From assembly GCA_003614675.1 (NCBI GenBank), contig ML002336.1, positions 1-40,660 on the forward strand: 40,660 nucleotides of DNA, given 5' to 3'. Below are positions 33,552-40,660 of this stretch, in pieces. The notes under the pieces are model-generated. The model was not told the origin of the DNA and did no database searches. It saw only the letters and a program-made list of their open reading frames with translations. Origin of the DNA: Dimargaris cristalligena (taxonomy: Eukaryota). Within the stretch, counting starts at the first letter, position 1; each line of letters starts with the position of its first letter. The translations under genes and the position numbers were made by a program.

Positions 33552-34375
33552 GACTTATGGTGAGGGAGATGGGACAAACAGAGAGAGAGAGAGACAGGTG
33601 TGGGGTTTCCTCGGAGGAATGAAACCGGTGAAAATGGAGTGAGAGATTGAAGAAGCAGAGAGGAGCCGGAGGTAGTCTAGGGGGAAAACGACACAGGTTG
33701 ACTGGGCTTCAGAGAAATACTGAACCTTACAAGGTGATGACGGTGGTATGTGAGAGAAGGGGAAATATGCATATCTTGAGAGTTAAAAGCCCCTCCCCCC
33801 CATACACGGGGTTTTGCCAAGTATGATGTTTCACAAATGGGAACGAAATTGCTCGCCCTCAGTGGATAAGCGGTGGATATATATTTGGTTATGCTGAATA
33901 GTTTTATATAGGCAGTTTTTTATCCTAGTCCTGATCCAACGGCTTATACCATTCAAAGCTTTGCGACTTAGGCCCTCGCATTATAGTCAGACTGGCTGGG
34001 CAGCTACTTCTCAAGATCAAATAATTCCACATATTCACATTTTGTCGTAATTGGCACTGTTCTTATTTTTCATCAGGACATCGCTGATCAGTCGCCAGGG
34101 GTGGTTATTCCAATAACATCATTTAAGTTAATCATTTTTTCAAAGACCCGAAAAAGTATCCGGTAGATAACATTATATCGAACAAGGAGGGGAGGTGCGG
34201 TAGAAAAGGAAATCAAACCAAGGGGTGGGTGGACCGCCGAGATGTAGAGAGTAGGAACTTCAAAATATATAAAAATATATAATAGCCTCGGGTAAACCCG
34301 GTGAATGGCCAAAGCAACAGGTAACCGAAGGGGTGGAGGAGATATTGCATTCCCCGGCTCTGCCCAAAGTGGGAT

Positions 34376-34435
34376 GCCACTTGAAAACCGACTACTAGAG
34401 CGGGCCACTTGAAAACCGACTACTAGAGCGGGCCA
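34376..34435. repeat. Perfect 28-bp tandem duplication in the samB 3' region
   Basis: gccacttgaaaaccgactactagagcgg twice, followed by gcca. Confidence 0.95.
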
Positions 34436-34485
34436 GTGTGACTAACGGGGCTCTGTACATTACATGTACGTAAAATCCGCACCAT

Positions 34486-36918
34486 TTATTGGTAACGTCC
34501 ACCCTGTCGGCGGTGTCTTCGTTGCGATTGCGGCGGTTGCTGGGCCTGCGAATGAGGTGGTTGCAATTGCTGTCGCTGCTGTTGTTGACGCTCGTAAGCA
34601 GCCGCGTTAACCCCTGCCGTCGCCGATGCTGCTGCTGCTGCTTGTGTGCCAGCCCGGGTCGTCGAATAAGCGCGAGTCCGAACCGCCCCCACCACGGCAG
34701 TCGACCCAGGCGTCATGGATGCCGGTAGTGCCGGGGATGTCGCAGGAATGGGTAGATTCGTATCGGCACCGTTAGCATTGAGGGCCGTGGCAGCAGCAAC
34801 AGGAGTAGTAGCCATGGCTGTGGTAGTGGTGGTGGTTACCCCAGTAGGAGTAACAACCCCAGCAACCCCAGCAGCAGCAGCAGTAGTCGCCGCCACATTG
34901 GCACTCGCATTTTCCGCTCGATTCCGGGCCTCCTGTTCGTCCAATTCCGCCGCTTCCGACGGCTGCGTTTCGGTACACCAACTACGATGGCCATTGACCC
35001 ACGCACGTGACTGACACGCCTTTCCGCAGTATTTCGCTTTCCGGCACCTGCGGCATTTAGCGAATTCGCGGGGGTACGATTCGAAACGCAAACAGCCCAG
35101 ATTGGCACACTGCCGGAGCCCGTCACGGGATTCGTCTTTACGGCACCCGTTCCGCATGACCACCACGGCCCACTGGCGGATGTGGTGCGGATGGCCGCGG
35201 AAGGTGAATTGTTCGACCGTGGCGAACACATCCCGTTCGTAGTCTTCGTGCATTTTACGCCGAATGTCCGGGTATTTGCTGAGGTAGCCCAGGAGTTGCA
35301 TCGAATGGTAGGCGTCTTCGATGCGGTACATGACGTTCTGGGGGGCCACGTAATGCGAAATGGCGTGGCTGGCCGGGAGGGTCATGGTCACTTCAGTGCC
35401 TTGGTCTTCGTCCACGTCCGGTGGGGGTGGGGTAAGGACGGAACGCTCCGGTCGGCCGGCGGTGTTTTGGTGTTGGTCATTAGTATTGGCGGCGGTGGTC
35501 TCTGACTGCGAGGGCTCTTCAGGTCCGTTGTCGAGGAAGGATAGGTCCGAGGAAAAACCGGTCATGGATTCACCGTGTTCCGGGGCTCGGTCATGGGGGT
35601 TGTAGGCAGCAGTGGCTGAATGACTACCACGAGCACTGGCCATCCCGGCTGACTGACGGCCGTAATGGTGGGCTGCAGACGCCCCATGGGTAGTGGTGGA
35701 GCCGGAAGGGCCAGCGTGGGATCGAGCATGTTGGTGGCGGTAGTGTCCCTCCCGGGTACTTTCCCGCTGGCTCTGGCTACCCGATGCTACAGTTGTCGCT
35801 GCCACTGCAGCGGCGGCGGCGGTAGCAGCAGCAGCCGCCGCAGCGGTGGCCGGAGTAACACTACTAGCACTAGGCAGTTGGTTATTATTACCAGTCGGGT
35901 ACCGAGCCCGGGTAGTCGAATGAACGGGCAGGTTCCGGTAGCGAGTGATATCATAAGCATTGGCTGCTTCGGGTTCGGAATCTTCATCGTCAGCTACGGC
36001 GGCGGAGATGGGATTATTACCGGTCGAGCTACGCATGCCCGGGCCCGCCCCTTGACTCCGGGCGGCCATTTGCGCGGCATATAACTGCCGTGATCGGGCG
36101 TAGGCCTCTTGCTCAGCAGCGGAGGAGGACGCCGCCGCTGCCACTGAACCCGTTGTACTAGCCGTGGCCAAACTGCCCGCGGTGAGTTGGCGCTGTGTGG
36201 TCGGGCGTTGGGCCTGTACTGATCCTTGACCACTGTATGTCTGAGCGGCCTGATGGTGGTGTTGGTGTTGATGTTGGTGCTGTTGCTGCTGCTGTTGCAA
36301 TTGCTGCTGATAGTGTTGGAGCTGCTGTTGATGGTGGCTGAGGTGTTGCTGCTGCTGTTGTTGTGGTTGTTGTTGTTGTTGCGTTTGATTTTGATTTTGT
36401 TGCTGGTGCTGCAATTGGTGGTGGGTGGTGGCCGCTGATGTCCCCGTATTAGCGTACCGCTGATACGGATTCGCTCCATAATGATGATGAGCTCCTTCCG
36501 CGCCGCCGTGTTTAATCTGCATCGACGTGAATTTCAAATTACTCAAATAGGCCTCCATGATATCGAACAGCACCTTAATGATACCCACATTAACTAGCTG
36601 CACCCGAATCTCCTGGGTACCCCGGATACCGGCGGCCACAAGACAGTTAAACGCGAGGCTCCATTTCCACACGTTCATGACATTATGGGTTTTGACTTGG
36701 GTGTTTTTGAGGATCCGGATAAGTCGGTTAAAACCGCCGTCGGTGGAGACGAGCTCGCGGATACGGGTGGAGGTGTTGATGAGATAGTGGAGGTGCGAAA
36801 GGGAATTGACCAAGGCCAGCGGGGCCGTACAGTCCAGGGCCCGGCGGTCATACAGGGCCGAGGTGATGGTCACAGCGGCCTTGTTATTGGTCGGGAAGTA
36901 GAAGTTGCATTTCCGCAT
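34486..36918 (-). CDS. samB: MYND-type zinc finger protein SamB/Mub1
   Basis: N-terminal MRKCNFYFPTNNKAAVTITSALYDRRALDCTAPLALVNSLSHL is typical of Mub1/SamB. WAVVVMRNGCRKDESRDGLRQCANLGC...FAKCRRCRKAKYCGKACQSRAWVNGHRSWC is the MYND finger. Long Q/H/A-rich inserts. Confidence 0.9.
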   Translation of the reverse strand: MRKCNFYFPTNNKAAVTITSALYDRRALDCTAPLALVNSLSHLHYLINTSTRIRELVSTDGGFNRLIRILKNTQVKTHNVMNVWKWSLAFNCLVAAGIRGTQEIRVQLVNVGIIKVLFDIMEAYLSNLKFTSMQIKHGGAEGAHHHYGANPYQRYANTGTSAATTHHQLQHQQQNQNQTQQQQQPQQQQQQHLSHHQQQLQHYQQQLQQQQQQHQHQHQHHHQAAQTYSGQGSVQAQRPTTQRQLTAGSLATASTTGSVAAAASSSAAEQEAYARSRQLYAAQMAARSQGAGPGMRSSTGNNPISAAVADDEDSEPEAANAYDITRYRNLPVHSTTRARYPTGNNNQLPSASSVTPATAAAAAAATAAAAAVAATTVASGSQSQRESTREGHYRHQHARSHAGPSGSTTTHGASAAHHYGRQSAGMASARGSHSATAAYNPHDRAPEHGESMTGFSSDLSFLDNGPEEPSQSETTAANTNDQHQNTAGRPERSVLTPPPPDVDEDQGTEVTMTLPASHAISHYVAPQNVMYRIEDAYHSMQLLGYLSKYPDIRRKMHEDYERDVFATVEQFTFRGHPHHIRQWAVVVMRNGCRKDESRDGLRQCANLGCLRFESYPREFAKCRRCRKAKYCGKACQSRAWVNGHRSWCTETQPSEAAELDEQEARNRAENASANVAATTAAAAGVAGVVTPTGVTTTTTTAMATTPVAAATALNANGADTNLPIPATSPALPASMTPGSTAVVGAVRTRAYSTTRAGTQAAAAASATAGVNAAAYERQQQQRQQLQPPHSQAQQPPQSQRRHRRQGGRYQ
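36252..36425 (-). repeat. Coding polyQ/QH low-complexity tract in SamB
   Basis: Mixed CAA/CAG/CAC codons encoding QQQNQNQTQQQQQPQQQQQQ...QHQHQHHHQ. Confidence 0.85.
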
Positions 36919-38487
36919 GGTAGCGGGCGATGGAGAGGGATTACGAATGCAGGTCAGGGTAGGTTAGGTTAGGTTGGCTATTGTACTCGAGAATGACCAA
37001 CCGAAAGTAGGCTAATCCAATGGGTTGGGCCCTCCACGCACACTCGGTATTGTCTGTCGATGAGAAAAAATGACCCGGTCGCTATTGCTCGGGCTGTGCG
37101 GGGTTGGTCGGTTTAAAAAAATACCCGGCGGAGTGGTGAATGGGGTTTGATTCGGGTAATTGTCGAGGCTAATAAAACGATAGAGAGGGGAAATGTACTT
37201 GTGCTACAGTCTCGGGTGGAACATAGACCTGAGTGGTTGGAAGGCGTAGAACAGACGGGGGGAAGTGGGGTATATCTGTATATATAATAATATATATTAG
37301 TGAAATGGAGAGGAACCGGCTCAAAAGAGAGAACTACTACTGAACCAGGTGGTTAGGACGGGGGTCTACTCTGTGTGGAGGCGGCAGGAGTGCACATATA
37401 GTACACGATCAAGAAGAGGAGAAAAGCGAAGGCTTTGGGAGAAAAATCCGTAAGTGGGAATCAAGCATGGTCAATAAACAGTTTCCATATCTACATTGTT
37501 CACACCCGATAGTTCCACCTGACGACGGAAGAGCATGAGTGTATCTCCCGTCGTCTCAGGAGGATTACTGAACCAACTAGGGAACATTGACAGATACGAC
37601 CAGTCGGGCCAGGGAATGTGCTAAAGGAATGTGATATCCCCTTCCATAAAAATAAATGGTTATATCCGTGTAGAAATATAAACATTCCACCAAACCGGTG
37701 GCCTTTCATGATAAATTGGCGAGGCGGGGCCATTCATATACTGATTATATTGGGATATAAATAAACTAGTCCCCCGACTTTAAATGGGCCGGGTTAGCAG
37801 GTTATAACAGGCTCGGCTGGGGGAGACTTGGGCTGTGGCCATTTACCCAACTTGCCGTAGTTTACTAAAAGGCGGCAAATGCTTAGAGCACCAGTACCAA
37901 CTTCTCGACATTTACTGTGCTTCGGACAAGTGCTGTGTAGGCAATATTATAGCACCAATCCATACCGACGGTTGTGTCAAAAGGACTTAACCATTTAAGC
38001 AAACGCCTAGCTGGCACTCAACTTAAAATAGGGCATTCAAAATAATCAAATAATTCATTAATAACCGGCATTCCTTGGACCATGGCTACTATCCCGCCTA
38101 ATCCACACTGCGCGCTCCTTTAACTCCCCAAAGCCTATACTATTCACCTATGGCTGGCAGTATCTCCGTAAATCTATCCCACCAGTCAACGACCAACCTC
38201 ATTACCACTTTGCACCCCAAGCTTCTGATTCACTCCCGCTTTCTAACCCCCCCACTGTTGAATGAGATCCATGGGCCTCTTGATCTTCGTCCCCTCTTAC
38301 ACTCTTCCTCACGAATCCTCTCTCCCACTTCTTTCTGTGCTTGTACGGGACCAGTCCACCCCCGCCCTACCCAGCCTACTGACCTAGTCGATCCAGTCGA
38401 ATCCTGTCCAGTTCGCATTTCTTCACCATTACTTTCCCCCATTCCAATCCCTCCCTCTCAACTTAGTCTACGTATTAATTTTCTACC

Positions 38488-39727
38488 ATGGTGCTCAGAG
38501 CCCCCGTCCGCGGTAGTACCCGCCTCCAGCCGGTGGAGAAGTATATCCTCGATAAGGACAAGATCAAGAGCTGGAAGATTGTGCGTGGTGACAAGGTCAT
38601 GATCATGACCGGTAAGAACAAGGGTGAATCAGGCACCGTGTCCCGAGTCATTCGCAAAATGAACCAAATCATGATCGGCGGTAAAAACTTGGTAAGTAAC
38701 CCTCAGCACTAGTTTCGTGGCTTCTGAAATACCATATCTCTCGTACACGTCTCCCCCGTCCCATCGCCTTGTCCCCCAATCCCCCCCCCCATTAACCCAT
38801 ATCTTCTCGATGGTTCTTTATATAAACAATTCATTTGTAAATATTTTGATATATTCGCCTATATCTTCATAATTTCAGGTCTACAAACACGTTCCCATGA
38901 CCAGTTCCAGCCCCGACGGTAAAATCCAGATCGAAGCCCCTGTCCACGTTACTAATGTTGCCCTGCTTGATCCCTCTACCGGGTAAGTCCGACTCTTATT
39001 ATAGATATATAAAGGTTCCAGACCAGTAATGTATTTGTATATTAACCTGTGTAGTTCTTATACCTAACAGCACGTGTTGAAGTTACATTGATCTAAATCA
39101 TCCCATCCCGAGAACACCTTGTCAACATTTCCTTTTTAAATCATAATCATATTAATAACACCATATCTTCCCCATGATTAATCTACTTTACTACTTGGAT
39201 CATTCCATCACCCCCCAGACGACCCACCAAGGTGTACACGCGTAAAGTGCTTGACGAAGAGACCAAGAAGCTAGTCGCCACCCGGTTTGCCAAAGAAACG
39301 AATACAGAGATTCCTAAACCCAAGTTTACCGCCTACCAGTTCGCCCGGAAAGGTATGTATATCCCCCTCCTTACTATATAGCCGGGCCATTTGATTTTTC
39401 AAATGCCGAATGGCGCCTCTACCCAAACTCAATATACTTGGCATTCGACTTGAAATTAGATACCGGAATCGTGAAGGCCAAGCTATAGCCATTAACTCGC
39501 ATCACCAACCCATTTTCTATTGTATTTACTTATTTTGGATCAAAGACGGCCCACACGATACCGACGCTGATGTCGTTGCGGAAGTTACTTACAAGCCCAG
39601 CCTCCTCGAACCGGTATTCCCCAATGGGGTGCTTTACGAATTATCCAATGTTCGCAAGAAGGCCTTCATAGCCAAAAAACAACTGACACGGAAAGGTGGA
39701 AAGCAATGGGCCGCTCGCCAAAAGTAG
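38488..39727 (+). CDS. MRPL24: Mitochondrial ribosomal protein uL24m; exons 38488-38691, 38879-38982, 39219-39352, 39546-39727
   Basis: KOW motif WKIVRGDKVMIMTGKNKGESGTV, then GKNL|VYKHV...IEAPVHVTNVALLDP, G|RPTKV, and RK|DGPHDTDADVVAEVTYKPSL. All three GT-AG introns keep the frame. Confidence 0.9.
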
Positions 39728-40446
39728 TCGCTTGTGTTCTGCATGATGACCTGCTTCACATACGATTTTTTTATATATAAAAAATCTGCTTTCACCAGCT
39801 TTAAGTTAACAAGATGAAAATGGTACTTGATTTATAATATAAATACCCTTCCTATGCAAGACAATGTCTATTCTATAACCAACCAACCCTTTTAAAGAGA
39901 GGCGATGGCTTGGAGAATGAAGCTAAGCGAGGGCCAAGATACCCAAAGCATTAATGCTGGAGGGGAGCTGGATCCCTGTGGTATGTGGGATAAGGGTAAA
40001 GATAGCCCAGCAATCTAGGGAAAATATAATAGCCCACATTTTAAGGAAGGGGCGTGGGGATTTATTTTTTTAATCTTTGGGAAAATAATGTGAGGAGCAT
40101 CTTGGCTCTGGTGCTTTTCCCTATTCCCCAGTACGATTAAGAAAGCCACGCAATCCCTTCGAATCGCTTCAGCCTTGAATCACCCAGATTCATTTGCGTT
40201 TAAAGAAAGTCGCTCACTATTCCTCCTTGTCGTTTTATTTTGTTGGAGAACGCTTAGACCCTTCGCTACTTCCCTGTACATCACCCTATCTACACCGGCA
40301 CTCCCTTCGACACACCAGCCCGCCTGGCCCGACATCAACCTCCCCCCCCCCCAAAAAAACCATAGCCACTCTAGGCTATATAATTCCCCTAACAGGGCAT
40401 TTCCAACGACCCACTTTTTGTTTGGGCACTGTGGGCTTCATTGACC

Positions 40447-40618
40447 ATGAGTTCGGCCGACCAACCCCCCTTTTACATCAACAAGCGTGCGGGGGATCGT
40501 TTTTCGACCCGTCCCGATCTGCGCGCCAAGTACTACCGGCGTGTGCACAACCCCGAGAGGCTAAAGCCCACCGTGGGCCACCGGCGTATCCATTTCCTTT
40601 CGCATGTATTTGTGGCCG
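40447..40618 (+). CDS. First exon of a small hypothetical protein; gene continues beyond the window
   Basis: gACC-ATG start, coding-like GC-rich frame (MSSADQPPFYINKRAGDRFSTRPDLRAKYYRRVHNPERLKP...), then donor GTAAGT at 40619 followed by an AT-rich (ATT/ATC)n intron. Confidence 0.6.
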
Positions 40619-40660
40619 GTAAGTCTTTTTAATTATCATTATCATTATTATTATTATTTA

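Noticed and set aside
34376-34435. 28-bp repeat as a CRISPR-like array
   Set aside because: Two directly adjacent copies with no spacer, no cas genes, and a eukaryotic context.
36952-36977. TAGGT/TTAGG telomere-like run upstream of samB
   Set aside because: Only about three units in a 5' leader; consistent with a chance simple repeat.

Overview
Eukaryotic (fungal) nuclear DNA with short GT-AG spliceosomal introns and an ACC-ATG start context. The gene content suggests an early-diverging fungus, possibly a Zoopagomycota mycoparasite; this is inference only. Housekeeping genes: GWT1 (3 exons), a NUDCD1-like CS-domain protein, a PPR-like protein, an SSS-family solute symporter, SF3B6/p14 (3 exons), TSC10/KDSR (2 exons), the MYND-finger protein SamB/Mub1, mitochondrial uL24m (4 exons), and the first exon of a small gene at the right edge. 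Secreted or surface genes: two paralogous, intronless S8 subtilisins with PA domains (one runs off the left edge and is missing from the ORF track), an acidic and Ser/Thr-rich GPI-type protein, and a small Pro-rich protein with collagen-like triplets. The most unusual part is 21.5-25.9 kb. A stretch of about 2 kb (22268-24258) contains only one CpG and lies between two divergent decayed genes. One of these is a reconstructable 3-exon secreted-protein gene whose lesions (ATA in place of the start ATG, one TAG, one TAA) are all explainable by C:G->T:A transitions. This points to a local methylation- or RIP-like hypermutation domain.
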